64,000 nucleotides of DNA from Phallusia mammillata (GCA_965637545.1 OZ281495.1:7502001-7566000); one strand, 5' to 3'; positions 50,101 through 63,580 are shown, numbered from the stretch's first letter. Notes: generated by a model from the sequence alone, not told the origin. Translations and numbers: made by a program.

Positions 50101-53100
50101 AGTTTGGCGCATTGTGAGTAAACTCGCCTGGGGTGGGACCAGCCGATAATACCATGTGTGCAGTGACAAACGATTAACGTTAATGTCAGTGCTCTTATGG
50201 TTACGGGTTCTTATGGTAAAGCTTTCCCTTATCATGGTTTAAATATTTCAACACTACAAAGCACGACACGGCTTTTCGGCATAAAACAAATTGAGGGTTT
50301 AAAATGCATGTTATGATAGTCCAGCAGTACACGCTTGCAAACGGAAAACGCTACAATCAAATTTAAAAAGCAGCACTTACCCTGACAGCAGTACGCAAAT
50401 TCCCGCTTTCAAATTTGGAATCGAACTTCAGCGAGGGAGAAGAATTTTCCTCCGCCGTCTCCCACTCCTCTTTCACCTCCTGCTCTTCCGGAGCATCCCC
50501 ATTAGTGAGATGCGGCAATTTCTCAACGCCTTCAGCACTTCGACCAATGGCAGCTGGCCACGTATCATCAGAAACTGTTGTAGACGTTGATTCAACTTCA
50601 AGGGCATCTTTGTGTTTTGGTACTGGTTCCAGTCCAGTGGGTATGGTTACGTGCGTTTCAGGATAGCCGTCGGAGGGCGCACGCACGTCGCATTTGTAGA
50701 TACGACCGTTGGTAAACTCAGTATTTAGGGTAGAGTGTTGTTGGTGATTTTGGTGCTGTTGCGGTTCCGGGTAAACAGCCCGATTTATGAGCTGCTCTGG
50801 ATTGAGGAAACGAGCCACGTCTTCCAGAACTTTGCTTTTGATTAGTCTGTTCAAATGACAAAAAAATGTGTTGAATTTTGCACGCAGTTAGTTATGGAAT
50901 TATTGAATTGGTAAAATATAGTAATTAAAATTGATTTTCTTCTGCTTTTTAAGCCTCGTCGAACTTAATTTTTGCATTGTTTTTAACGCCTCGGTGAGTT
51001 TAAGATTTTATAATCTTGAAACAAATAAAATAAATGTACTCAAGTTGATGAGCCTAAGAGTACAGATGTATAATGTCCAGCAAAAAGCAACACATACAAC
51101 TGCATGCACAGTTAGTTCAAAATTTGGATTAAATTCATTACTCTGACTCCGGCTTAAACCAAAAACAGTAGCCTACTTTCATGTTTGACAATTTATTGCA
51201 GTTTTTTTTAAACAAAATCGACTCCAACCACAGAATATTTACCATTTCGAGTTTTGACTCAATAAAGGTCAAATAATTCGTTCATGTCCAATTACAGTAA
51301 TTGCAGTATTTTCTGGGTTAAACTGTCGTTTTTACCTCTGCACATTTCTCTTGTTGGCTTGGGGTTCGGGTTTCGATGGAGGGAGATTCCCCCACTGATC
51401 GGCAAGAGATAATCGGTTTCTATCTTCTTTTACTGAAACCGTTTCAGTAGCAAGTTGGCAAATGTTGCGAATCAGTTCAGCGTGTTCAGCGTTGAGACCT
51501 GGAAAATGTTGTTGTTTTTGCGTTTACGAAATTCATTTGGTTTGATCAGCAGAAAAAATTAAAGTGCAGTACTGTTTTGTTGTGTTAGAAAAAAAAATCA
51601 TTTTTATTCAATTTTAAATAACATGGAATTTTAACAATGCAAGTCTTAAGGGACTTGAGTATCAACTTAAGTAACGCCCAAAGTGGGTAAAGTCTAAACT
51701 CAGGTCAGGTCTAAAGTGGTTAAATCTTAACTGAAGTCATAAGTGATTTTGAATTTCACTCAAGTCAATCTTATATTCTTACTTAAGTCAAGTTTGAATA
51801 TAATCAGTGGTGGGATTCAATCTTTTTGTCAGCCGGTTCTATTACAAAAGTCATATTTTTCAGCCCGTTCCATTACAAACAGATCATTGACAGTAACCAG
51901 TAATGCTAACCGGTTCGCTGATTGCATTAAATTTCGTGAGACGGTTCTATAGCACCGATGCGAACCGGCTGAATCCCACCACTGCCTATAACCCCAGTTA
52001 ACAAATTCAATGGTAATAATTTCAGAGTTAAGAGTCGTCTCAAGTCAAAACAGGTCACATTATGTCATCTGAAACGCGAAAAAAGGGGCAATATCATATT
52101 AACCGTCTTGGAATCGTTCGAGTTCGTAATCGTCACGTTGAAATCCGTTGGAAATATGAGGCAAGTTCACTTGTTTCTGCACATCTAAAAACAAAAATAA
52201 GTGCAAACTTTTATGAATCACAACACAAGCTCACATGAATTTTTTTAAAACACTTCACAAAAAACTATAGGACGGGCTGCGCTTTTCAGGTACGGGTTTA
52301 AAGTAAAACAATGTGCTAGAATCGTGCCTGTCTTCACAATCGGGTTTATTTGTGCTGCAATTTTAACACATATCAGACCTAATTGAGAAGTTGTTTTAAA
52401 AAGTTTTAGGGATTTGGGCTTGTACTTTCAGGTTAGAGCCTCATGAGCAGAGTTTTTTTTAAGGCAAAAGTTTTTTTTTTTTCTTTTTAAGGCAAATTTC
52501 TCCAGCGGTTTCTCAAAATTTGGACTTGCAACTACAGTAGAACTACTACAACTACAACTACAGTACTTGCGGTCTCTTAAAACTACTTAGCGGTCACCCA
52601 AACCAAACCTTTAAAAAAACCTGGCTCATGAGTACTTATACCCACTCATACATCTGCATTAACCTTTTTAATCAATTAAAACAACAGCAGGCCCGTTTAG
52701 TTTGTGTTAGCAAATCCCTCATAAATTCTTCACGTCTGCGTGCACCGATGTAAAATTTGATCAAATCTTAGGTTGGGAACCATTGACAACGATTCGTTAA
52801 AAATAGAAGTACTGCCCTCTGGTGGGATTCGAACCCATGACAGCAATTTGCAAGTTATCAACCATAAGAATTTGGCCATAAACGAACCTGTCTGATTCTT
52901 TTCCCAGGCCATCGTCGGTAGAGGGCGCGCTAATCTCTCATCTCCGCAACTCATGTTCACTTGCTGGTGTTGTTGTCCGTTTCTAAGCGACGTCGGTTGC
53001 TTAGCAACGTAACTTGCCGACGAAGAGTTTGTGTTTTGATGATAAGAACTTGTCTAAAACAAAAAGACACTAAAATAAAAAAAATATTTTGTTTACGACT

Positions 53101-56100
53101 AAAAAACTTTTCTTTTCTTCACTTTCCGCTTTTTCACAAAGATTCGGTTTCGGCCAAACAATTTGTTGCGATAAAACAAACTGAATATTTTACAAACACA
53201 AATTTAAAGCGTAAAACGTGTCATTTCTGTTTAATAAGAAATCCCACAATTTTTCAAACTACGCCACAACTAAACGTTTCATGTCAAATGCGTAGCGTAC
53301 GACTTCGCGTGACGTCATAAACGATTCGGTTGATTCGGACAAATTTATTCTGCAAAACTTCACAGTATTCGGTTTGGGCCGAACCGAAACGAAGCCGATT
53401 CAGTACATCTCTAGTATTTACTGCATAAGCATTTTAGTGGATTAAATTAGGGAAAAAACACCTATTTTTTTTAGGCAAAACACCTACCTCTCGCTGGGCC
53501 ATCTTCTGTCTATCAGCGACACCTAGGGTCTGAAGAGCGGTCGATACGTTGGTGACGTCACAAGGCAGCTCCCACGGGTTACAATTGTCGCTGTTGTTAA
53601 GCAAGGGTAGCAACGTGCCGAGTGCACTGAGGTTAGGATCACTGTAATGTCCGAACTGCCTCTGCTTCACAATGGTTGGTTTACCGACTTCACCGCTGGA
53701 GTGCGGACGGTGGGACGAATCCATGTCAATCCAATTTGCAGCATCTGGTGTCAACTGCAGAAGCAATATGTGAGATTGAGTTTCAACCGAGAGGGACGCA
53801 ATTACAAATTGACCAAGGTTTGAAAATCATGACGTCATCAGGTGGTGACGTCACAAACAATCAAAAACACTAAAGACGGACTTAAAAAGTAGATTGATAA
53901 GAATTTTTTCAGTAGGTGCCCATGTATTATGTGGTTTAAATTCTTTTACAATTTTGTACAATATGAATAATAGCGATTGTAAAAAATGCTTGGAATGAAA
54001 TGTATTTACTGTATGCAAGCTCTTTGGTCAAAATCATCAACAAATATTAACATTACTTTACAAAATTTGTGGTTCATATTACCACAAAGTTTTCAGAATG
54101 CCAACAAAAAGGTAAAAAAAAAATATATTTTATGGGAAAACTGGTTTGCGGTACACTTATAAATTCATTTAGCAGATAAAAACTTGATAAAACTTGGATT
54201 ATAGCACTTTGTAACTTACTGGAAACTCTTGAAGTTCGGGAAAGTATTTCTCGTACATTTTCAAGTCCTCGTGCGTTCGCTGTTTGGGGAAAGCACCCGT
54301 TTCCTTGTCACTTGCTTGTGACAACTTCGAAATCTGTAGCGTAATGCAAATTGGACATGCTGCAACAAAACTACTGAAAACGTTTTCGCTTCTTATGTTC
54401 TTCGTAAAATTATAAGGGAACATTAGGGCGTCAACAATAATGCAATAAATCGGAAATGTGGCTTTTGAATACATTGTCAATTTTTGTGTGATATTCTTTG
54501 TTTCATGATTAATAACATACACACTTCGGCACACTTACAATTGGGTACTTATACGCAAGCGGAAACGAAAGGGTCCCCAAATAGGTGTATATACGAATTG
54601 GTATCAGGAATAATACAATGCGACCCTTTGCAGGTCTAAACGACAAACGAAAAAAAAAAAAAAACGTAATACACACTTTAAATTTAATCCCAACACCATA
54701 AAAGCTAAAATTGTATGCCGCTCGCAAGACAATGCATGGCCCAACAGTCGAAAACCAGCTAGAGTGCATTTCAACTAAGCATCTTCAGCTACGCCCGTTA
54801 AGGTAAAGTCTTACTGAGTAGGTAGAATCTCTTCTCTTGCATGGAGCAGTGTCCTCAGCATCTTCCTGCTCCTGTGGGGTGTGAGAAAGATTCCCTTCTT
54901 CCTCATCGTCATCAAACGCGTCATCATCCTCGCTTTCGTCATCTGACAGTGGACAAAAATTGGTAAAAATTTTCAAAGAAAAAACAAGATTGGCAGTGGC
55001 TTGCGTAACATCCATTAGTGTAAGTCAGCTGTTGCTACCAGGCATAATGCAAACGAGTATTGCTCTTCCGGCAAATTTTGAATAATCAACCGACGTTTCT
55101 TTGTGTTTTACAACATGCGATTATATTGATGAAGGCGTCTCTTATGGGACGTGTAAACGACGGTTGTTTACAAAACTTCTGGATAGCCAATACTCAGATA
55201 CAAAAAACACATTTGTGTATCAGATACAATATGTTCAAATTTAAAAACTTTTGTCCAGCGTGGGCTCACCAATCTCAACTAACCTTGGAATTTTATATAT
55301 TATACCTTAAATAAAAAAAACTTTCAACAACGGACTGTTCAAACAAGTGACTTTGGCACAAAATATAATTTATGTTATCAATTCTGAAAAAAAAGTTTTA
55401 ATTTTGGCCCCAAGATTTTAATTGTTTTAACGACGTACTTTCAATAAAACTCAAGTTTTGCACAAAAGATAGTATATTGGGCCCTGGACGAAAAGAAATC
55501 TTTGGAATTCTGTATAAGAGACCAAGATTTAAGTTTTTAATATAACGTACTTTCATGAAAAAACAACGATCTTAACACCTCCTACACAGCTTTATAAGCG
55601 ATGGGAATAAATGGAACATCTTGTACAGAACTGAGGGTGCCACTGCCATATATAACGGCGAAATCGACATTACTACCAGTACTTATAAAACAAGAAGCTC
55701 ATTTAAGTTTTCTGGAGCCTTAAAGCAGTGGTTCTCAACTCGTTTCAGGCCATGGACCACTGGTCCAGAAAAAATAATATCGTGGACCATATTATTTATG
55801 AGCAAGATCGAATTACGAACACAAAACTTCTATTTGGACTTGAAACATAGTTGTTTAAAACCGATTTTCAAGAAGTGAGATACAATTATTTTAGCTAACA
55901 TTTTAATACTCTTTCAAAATGTAATATGCAATCATCTCTAGTTTATCACCAAACTTAGTGGACGTCCTGTGGACCACCCAAAAATCATCATGGATCACCA
56001 GTTGAGAACCAATGCCTTAGGGCTTATACAAACCGAAGCACTCCGTTGAGCTGGTGGACTCTGATCTACGTCTCCCAGGAAGTCGAAAGCGGAAAGTACA

Positions 56101-59100
56101 ATGCGAGTTGGTGACAGGGAGGCGACATTTCTTCTGGCAACGTCGAAGTATGAGAGTAGCAACAGAAAGTAGGGATTCGACCGATTTATTAGTTGCTGAG
56201 CCGCTCACTGTATAGGAAATACAGTGTAGCATGCATTCAATCACTGTGTACTCAAAAGTGATACCGATTGCTTATGTGCTACATGCAGTTGGTTTGTAAA
56301 TTGATGTGTCATGCATGCAGGGTTACATTATAGGTTTATGGCACACATTGATTGCTTATAATCATGTAGGCTATATTTGAAATCACGTTTTCCGGATAAA
56401 ACGTTAGGGGATATTGCAGAAGCATTTTAATTTGGTCTGCTGCGACACACAGAAATGGGAAGTCATTATTTGCAACGCAAGGTAGGGAAATTAGCGGCAA
56501 AAAGCTATGATTGATATATTCTTGTTTAGCAAAGTTGATTTTGGTTTTGCCATAATATATAATGGAGTTAGTACCAAACAAAAGCATATGATTAAATGCA
56601 AAACACCATATAATTCGTAAACTAAAGACAGTGCACACTGTCTTCTCATTAGTGCAGCCAGGGTTTTTTAAGGTTTGGTTTGGGTGACCGCTAAGTAGTT
56701 TTAAGAGACCGCAAGTGTTTCATTTAAATATCAAAAAATAGCCATATTTGCTTTTGGGAAACCGCTGGAGAAATTTGAACACCTTAAACAACACTGAGTG
56801 CAGCTGGTGTTAAGACATTTTCTTATGGGCTAATGTAAACGTCCCTCCAGCTTGTTGGGAATAGCAAGCTGAAAAGTCATGTCTCACCAAATCTGTTCCA
56901 TGCCACAAACAGGCATAAACCACATGAGAAGCTGGTGCATTGTCTGCAGCTTAACTATTATGCAATATCTCGATGCTTTTAGTTAAACCAAATAAATAAA
57001 TTTCACATTTTAGGTGCCAGAGGATTATCAGTATGACCACTGCAAAAAATCAAAATCTTACTTCATGACTTAATGAGAGGGGCCGAAAACTAACAAACAA
57101 ACAAAAAAATACGTACATAAAATCATTAAGAGTTATGCCAGTCAGTTTCAGCCTAAATCAAGTATAAAATTCTGTGATCCTATTTCACACCTGTGGTTTA
57201 GCCAAGGGAACGCTTCCTTATGCATATTTTACACAGGAATGACGTGCGTTGAAACGAGAGGTGCTAATGTTAACATGCATAATGTATCTGTGTAAACATG
57301 TCTTCGCGAAAAGACTGCGCAAACGCATGCAAATACAAGTATTCTGACATGTGTATATATGTGCAGTAAGCAGCTATGTATAGAACCAAGTAAAGGCAAT
57401 AAAAACTGCAGTGTTGCCAGATTCTTAAAAAACGCCAGGCTGCCTGTCAAAACTCGCCTTATAAAACCGCAACTGCTAATTTATGCTACAACAAGCCAAA
57501 AACAAGCCTAATGTGATCATCATTCAATTGCTTGTATAGACGGATAAAGGTAAAAAAAAACAAAAAAAACATCGCGTTTTAGAAAAGCCGCCAAAAAAAA
57601 ACGCAACCCGCAATTTGAGGCCAGAAACCAGTCAAATTTGGCGGGTAAATCGCCACCCTGGCAACTCTGCAAAACAGTTTACAACAAAAGCAACCTCCAT
57701 TTAAAAGGTCATTTTTTACAGTTTGAACAACTTACCAGCCAAATAATCCTTGCACGAAGCGTAGAGAACTTCAATTCCACCTGCTTCGATAAACGAGCGT
57801 CTTCCAGATTCTAAATGATAAAAAAACTTTAAAATTAACGAAACATTTCCTTTTGCACGTTAGGCCGTGGCTGTGTGATACAGTGGTTTGCATTTGTGGC
57901 TTTACCGAGCTCCAGTCGTGGGTTCGAATCTCTTATTAACCTGGTGTTTGGGTCTACGCCAGGGGTGTCCAAACTTTTTTTGATAGGGGCCAATTTTTAC
58001 CAGATGAAGACGCCCGCGAGCCAACGTTTTTTTAGAATCAGAACACAAATATACGGGATTTAAGGAAACTGTGGGGTATTGTTGCGTCATCACCATGTAC
58101 ACTTTCTTTTTAACCGGTAAATAAAGTTCCATGAAAAGTTTTGGCGTGAAGTCGCCAAAAACCCCAAAACGTAATCCAAACTATGGCAGTACATACCCAA
58201 CACAGTTTGAACAAACAGCCGAGGGCCACGTGAAATGCCGCCTGGGGCCGCATTTGGACACCCCTGGTCTACGCCTTTCCGCCTCAAAATGCTTGGGATA
58301 AAAACTGGGTTTCAACCATAATGGTAAGCAAACCCAAAACCGGGGGTCAAACCCGTATTTTTTTGATGTAAATCTCAAAAGTTAGATTTCTTAAGGCGCA
58401 ATTACGATAAAAACGCGGCCTATGGTCCAAACTAGACCCGAAAGATGCTTGTTTTATTCAAACTTAAGCCCGAATTGCGGCCCTATTTATTATGATTCAA
58501 TACTCTTGTTTATGCGAAAAGTCTTCGGTTCATAACCTTGTTTGTGTTTCAAAGACTGGCGACTGATTTACGATGTTAACGTATAAGCTGGATTGCATTT
58601 GTCTGGTCGGAAGCAATGACCGAAAGAGTTTTTCAGAACAGAACTGTTGATCTGTGGGCTATTATTAGCACGCTGGGGGAAACCAAGCAGGAAATAAGAT
58701 AACTGTTTTCGGTTATGCTGTTGTAATTTGCGCTAAGCATAAAATAGTTATGTTGTTTTAGCAAAGGGTATATGCGTCTGTATAAGCCTTGCGATTATTA
58801 TCATAAGTTTTAAGCACGCACATCCGCCACAAAAACGATTTAAATCTCGTCTAATGACCCTTGACCAAAAGTAAAAAAAACTGGTCATTTTATCGTTTAA
58901 GTGCTGTACACAGTGCAAGCTGCAAAGCCTACGGCGGCATTCGAATCCCCGAAAGAAGCTTATCCGAGAAAAGCGTTCCAATAGCTGAATTACAGACCAC
59001 ATGTTGCTTTTTTAAGAGCCAGCGCAAGCCTAATTGGCACAGAGTCACAGCATGTTTATTATGGGCGTGACATCCAACAATGTATGCCGACGATTTGGTA

Positions 59101-62100
59101 ACGTTTCTTCTGGTCGTTAGGATGTTTCAAACATTTGTACATCTATACAATTTACATATCTGGCCTCAACCAATCTTTTATTATGTTTTACGCAAAAGTA
59201 ATGAATATTTTGGAACACTATATACGGATCTGTTCATAAGTTTAATGGTGAAAATAACGGCCCAAATAGACGTTAAAAGCGACATGCTTTATTGTTCAAA
59301 CGTTTCGGCAACCAGACAGAAATTGACCAAAAGCAGGATAAAAATAGATCGCATGTTTACTGTGTTATTTTATCCGATGTCAAAAAGGAAATGTTCTACT
59401 TATTCAAATAACTGGGTGCAATTGATGTGGCCTTCATATCACTGATGATGGCATGAGCATTTGCCGAAACGTTTGAACAATAAAGCATGTCGCTTTTAAC
59501 GTCTATTTGGGCCGTTATTTTCACCAGTAATGAATATTAATTTCTAAACGCGAAAAACCAAAAACCTAGCGAGTTTAAAAATGAACTTGATAGTTTTGTT
59601 GGGCTAAAAATGCGAAACTAATGTTTTTCATAAAAAAAACCGATTAAGTGGTGGTAAGAATCTTATCACACTTTTTCAACTTTGGTCAACCCATATATAC
59701 CTCTTGGTACCCCTGTGACTGATATGGTGCACATAGGCGTCGATTTTTTAGCATAAATTTTCCTTTGTGGGGTGGCGAAATTCAGTAAAGTCGTTTTTAC
59801 GTGATCAAAACACTCTAGGTTACACGTTAGGATTTGTAGACGGTGTTTGCGGTTATTGGCAAGGAATAAACACGTACATTACTCTGCACGCAATCTTGCT
59901 TAACTTGGATATAACACCTATAAAGTTACTTCACATTCACAAATCGTCCATCTAGTTGGGAAGTTATGGTGTCACAATACGTTAGTGATGTAATCACAGC
60001 AGCGTACACCGGTTCGAACTGGGCAGCGTTATTAATTCGTAAAAAGTAGTGTGTTTCAAAACGTAACATAACGCACAAAACGCAAACGTGGAATACTTAA
60101 ATAGGGAAATGTAAATTTATTTCACATGTTCAAGTTTGCAAAAGTATCGAATCGGCATTGCAGTTCGACACGAAATTTGCGCACATGAGCAATTCTATTT
60201 CCCGCGCTTAGAAATGGAACACTGTGTAACAATATACTCCCAAACTGCCAATTAACATCCAGACTACACGAAAACGTGAAAATTGCCATTGTTACGTCAT
60301 AAGTTTTGTGCAGACTTGCTACGGAGGAGCAAATTTGACGAAAATCACTGGAGCGAGTAGCGCAAAGTGGGTTTCCCCCATGCGTTGTTCAAAAACAACA
60401 AAGGTTTTGCGTAGCTTGCTTTGCACATGCTCGAAATATACCGACCATTTGAAAGAGCGCATGTAAATGTAAGAAACGCATATCTGCAATGCACGAATAT
60501 AAACACGGCCAAACAATTTCTGGGGTGGCAGCATAGCTTTTTTATAATGGCTGCCACCCCAGCGATTTTCAGTGGGGAGGCACGCCACCCCTGCCACCCC
60601 GGGAATCGACGCCTATGATGGTGCACCCAGGGGTTCGTCGTGCATCAAGTTTGATAAGTGTGGATTAAAACATAATTTGGAACCTAAGTTTACTGTATAT
60701 ATATAATTGGGCATTTACTTCCGGATGGGTCGAACTTACTTAGCACTGCGGTATTCTTGACGATGTTGAGTAGGGATTTCCTCACAGCAACATGACGGTT
60801 GGCTCGAAAATCGACTTTGTGATATTCCCGATGCATGGAAAGCATATGCGGGGTGATACTGAGGGCCACAGCACGAGACGCGTTGGCTTCTGCAACCAAA
60901 AAACACATAGCACTTGTATACCAAAGAATATGGCATGTTCAGAAAAGATACATTTGGATTCATTTAATGTAAAGGTGACAAAAATGTGAAATAACTTGGT
61001 TTACGGAAAGACAACATCTATCTTTACGAAATGGGGTTTAAAGATAAATAAAAACGTGTGTAAATGCTGTACAAGTATAACTCCCATTTACATCATATAT
61101 TACATTGCAAGAAGCTACTAAATTACATTGTAAAATATTTAAACAACTTTATTCTTAATTTTTAGGGGTCTAGTCACTAGACACTAGACTCTAGTGCAGT
61201 GGTTCTTAACCTTTTTTCCTTGCTGCACCCCATTCAATTCAGCAACCAATTTTCGCACCCCCTTTTAAATCACCAACCAATTTTCGCTCCCCCTTCTGTA
61301 ATTGCTTAAATAGAATAGACCTAACCAACCTTAATGATTCAGCATCCCCGCACCCCCTAGGAACAGTTCTCGCACCCCTTGGGGGTGCGTGCACCCCTGG
61401 TTAAGAACCCCTGCTCTAGTGTTTCTAGTTATGCATGCGTTTGAAACTTTTTTGGTTCATACCAATTAGAAACTAGAAGGGTGGCTTAGCACATATTGCC
61501 CTTGCATTTACACTATAACCTATTTTAAAACATAAATATATTTCCTATGCTTATTTTGTATTGGGTCCCATATTAGCCATCTTCTTTTATTACTTTAGTC
61601 GTTTCTGCAGGCAAAAACTCATGGGTCCCCACACATGCAAAGTTGAAAATATTGCAATTCAAGAGATAACCATGAGAAAGTTGGGTGTTGTCAGGTAAAA
61701 CACAGTGATCGGCACTGGGCTTAAATAATAATACTATAAAATTAGATTTACCCCAGATATTGTTTGAAGTATGTCCTATTTAACGTTTTAAAAAACTGAT
61801 CCATTTTAGGGGGCTAGTAGGGCAACTAATTGGGTTCGACACACAAACTAAAAAATATATAAAAACCACAATGACTCAATCAATAGTACTGCAAAATTTC
61901 AGCCCAATCCGCCAATGTTAAAAATTTCGACCACTAGAGGTGTTTTGAGCAACAACCGTTAATGTTTCTGACGTCATAAGGCTGTTAACAAGCCCCTAAC
62001 TGACATGGCGCAAAAACGACCACCAAGCAACATACAACTGGTTGCCCTTGTAACAGTATTGCTCCAAAGAAATCTTTCGTTTGTGGTGCCCAGTAACATA

Positions 62101-63580
62101 CAAATACGTTTTACACTTTAGGGGCTTGTGGGGTAAATGTTAGGACTACAGGGTTGAACACAACAATCGACACCTATAAATGGCATACTATACAAGAAAT
62201 CCAAATTTCAGCCAATTCTGACACTGTTTGAAACCTCACCCATTTTAGGGGGCTAGCGGGGTAAATACTGGGGTTATCAACAAAAACAAAGTGGGATGCA
62301 CATCTACATGAATATATCTACCATCTGTGTAAATTTCAGCCAAATCCATCAAACATTTGATGGAAAAACGAGTCGGACAAACTTTGGGTAAAAACACCCA
62401 TTTTAGGGGGCGAGCGGGGTAAATACTGGGGTTATCAACAAAAACAAAGTGGGATGCACATCTACATGAATATATCTACCATCTGTGTAAATTTCAGCCA
62501 AATCCATCAAACATTTGATGGAAAAACGAGTCGGACAAACTTTGGGTAAAAACACCCATTTTAGGGGGCGAGCGGGGTAAATACTGGGGTTATCAACAAA
62601 AACAAAGTGGGATGCACATCTACATAACTATATCTACCATCTGTGTAAATTTCAGCCAAATCCATCAAACATTTGATGGAAAAACGAGTCGGACAAACTT
62701 TGGGTAGAAAAAAAAAAGAAGAAAGAAAAACAAAAAAAACAAAAACAATTCGAGTAAAATCAATATGTGTCCCCTTCAGGGAAGGGGACCCATAACTAAT
62801 GGTGTATGTTTAATAATAAAGGAAAGAAAATGCCAACCAAGAAACAAGTAATGACTAAAACCAGTATTTCCTAAATGGCTAAGCACATGATGAAAGACAT
62901 TGTGGTCACCCAATGCACTGGCACAAACACCCAACAGGAAATAGCTATTCGGTTTTCAGACCATAAGGAAATAATGCCAAGATCACAGCAATGTTGTGTT
63001 GAAATGATATTTCAAACCCTTTATGTTTGCCATTTTATGCGCCTCCGGGGGACGGGTGCAATCTTTACGAAAGTTGTAGTCAAAAACAGTAAATATGAAC
63101 TTACTTGAATGACGAATTAGTAGATTCAAGGCAGCTAAGGAGGTTCTGCAATAAAAATGTTGTTCATTTTTGTGTAAAACAGATCAAATCTTTAGAATTG
63201 TACGGAACCCAAAAGTACAAGCCCAAAACCGAATCGGCTCCAAAAGTTTGATTGACAGCCTATTAATAAAGCAGACATACACAATGGACAACGGCTTACG
63301 CACGACGTTTTATGGCTGATGGACCATCCAGCAACTAACTCTTTAGCTAGGTAATTTTATTTATTTTAATTACGGACATGTCCGTGATGTAAAGTTCGGC
63401 CCGAATCAAGTCCGTTTGTTAAACAATCCTAAGCCCAAATCCAGCCCGACATACGACTATGGAACTCATTAATGTGTACATACTTCAAAGGTATTGGATG
63501 CTTTCTAGTCAAGCTTGTTGCTACTTTAAATAGAACATTGACAGCTCCCGCCCGTCCAAGTAAGCTGGCATTCGACGAAG
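44121..63580 (-). CDS. AGTPBP1: Cytosolic carboxypeptidase 1 (Nna1/CCP1; AGTPBP1/AGBL1 family tubulin deglutamylase); 5'-partial
   Basis: 19 phase-consistent GT-AG exons: 63580-63484, 63145-63105, 60889-60740, 57810-57736, 56207-56034, 54942-54815, 53754-53488, 53053-52888, 52184-52104, 51498-51336, 50846-50381, 49759-49603, 49036-48804, 48511-48346, 47720-47492, 46665-46544, 46339-46203, 45741-45437, 44730-44121 (about 1255 codons). Motifs [58 protein letters not shown]. Confidence 0.95.
44790..45150. mobile_element. Second copy of the CAGAGTTGTAA MITE, in the last AGTPBP1 intron
   Basis: Colinear similarity to 1996-2351. Confidence 0.7.
49127..49219 (-). mobile_element. Degenerate tRNA-derived (SINE-head or pseudo-tRNA) sequence
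   Basis: Duplicated A-box-like TCTCAATTAGTAGAGCGC and B-box GGTTCGAATCCC; no anticodon arm. Similar B-box fragments at about 52820-52842 (-) and 57869-57930 (+). Confidence 0.5.
51805..51984. mobile_element. MITE with CAGTGGTGGGATTCA TIR
   Basis: 15-bp TIR; an inverted, decayed second copy at about 16310-16472. Confidence 0.75.
52441..52631. mobile_element. MITE (TCATGAGC...AAGG TIR); inverted partial copy at about 56655-56790
   Basis: Terminal inverted repeats, plus a shared internal block ACTTGCGGTCTCTTAAAACTACTTAGCGGTCACCCAAACCAAACC. Confidence 0.65.
55726..56014. mobile_element. hAT MITE
   Basis: TIR CAGTGGTTCTCAACT / AGTTGAGAACCAATG; TSD CCTTAAAG/CCTTAGGG; ends 20 nt from the exon donor at 56034. 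Confidence 0.75.
57409..57669. mobile_element. MITE with CAG(T/A)GTTGCCAG TIR
   Basis: CAGTGTTGCCAG / CTGGCAACTCTG; imperfect 8-bp flanking duplication. Confidence 0.65.
57960..58266. mobile_element. hAT (Buster-type) MITE
   Basis: TIR CAGGGGTGTCCAAA; perfect TSD GTCTACGC. Confidence 0.85.
59246..59526 (+). mobile_element. Penelope-like remnant: perfect 66-bp inverted repeat (59246-59311 / 59461-59526) with a minimal hammerhead (59442-59473)
   Basis: The two arms are exact reverse complements; CTGATGA-t-ggca...tgcc-GAAA-CGTT overlaps the right arm, followed by AATAAA. Confidence 0.7.
59732..60617. mobile_element. Non-autonomous hAT-type element (886 bp)
   Basis: TIR CATAGGCGTCGATT; perfect TSD ATGGTGCA. 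Confidence 0.85.
61197..61413. mobile_element. hAT (Buster-type) MITE
   Basis: TIR CAG(T/G)GGTTCTTAACC; perfect TSD CTCTAGTG; internal CGCACCCC repeats. Confidence 0.85.
61473..62795 (-). mobile_element. Non-autonomous Helitron2/Helentron-like element, copy 2 (in an AGTPBP1 intron)
   Basis: Same termini as copy 1: CTAGAAGGGTGGC at 61473, ATGGGTCCCC at 61621, hairpin at 62769-62789, A-rich tract before it. Confidence 0.7.
62237..62707. repeat. 158-bp tandem repeat x3 inside Helentron-like copy 2
   Basis: CATTTTAGGG at 62241, 62399, 62557; units near-identical. Confidence 0.92.
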
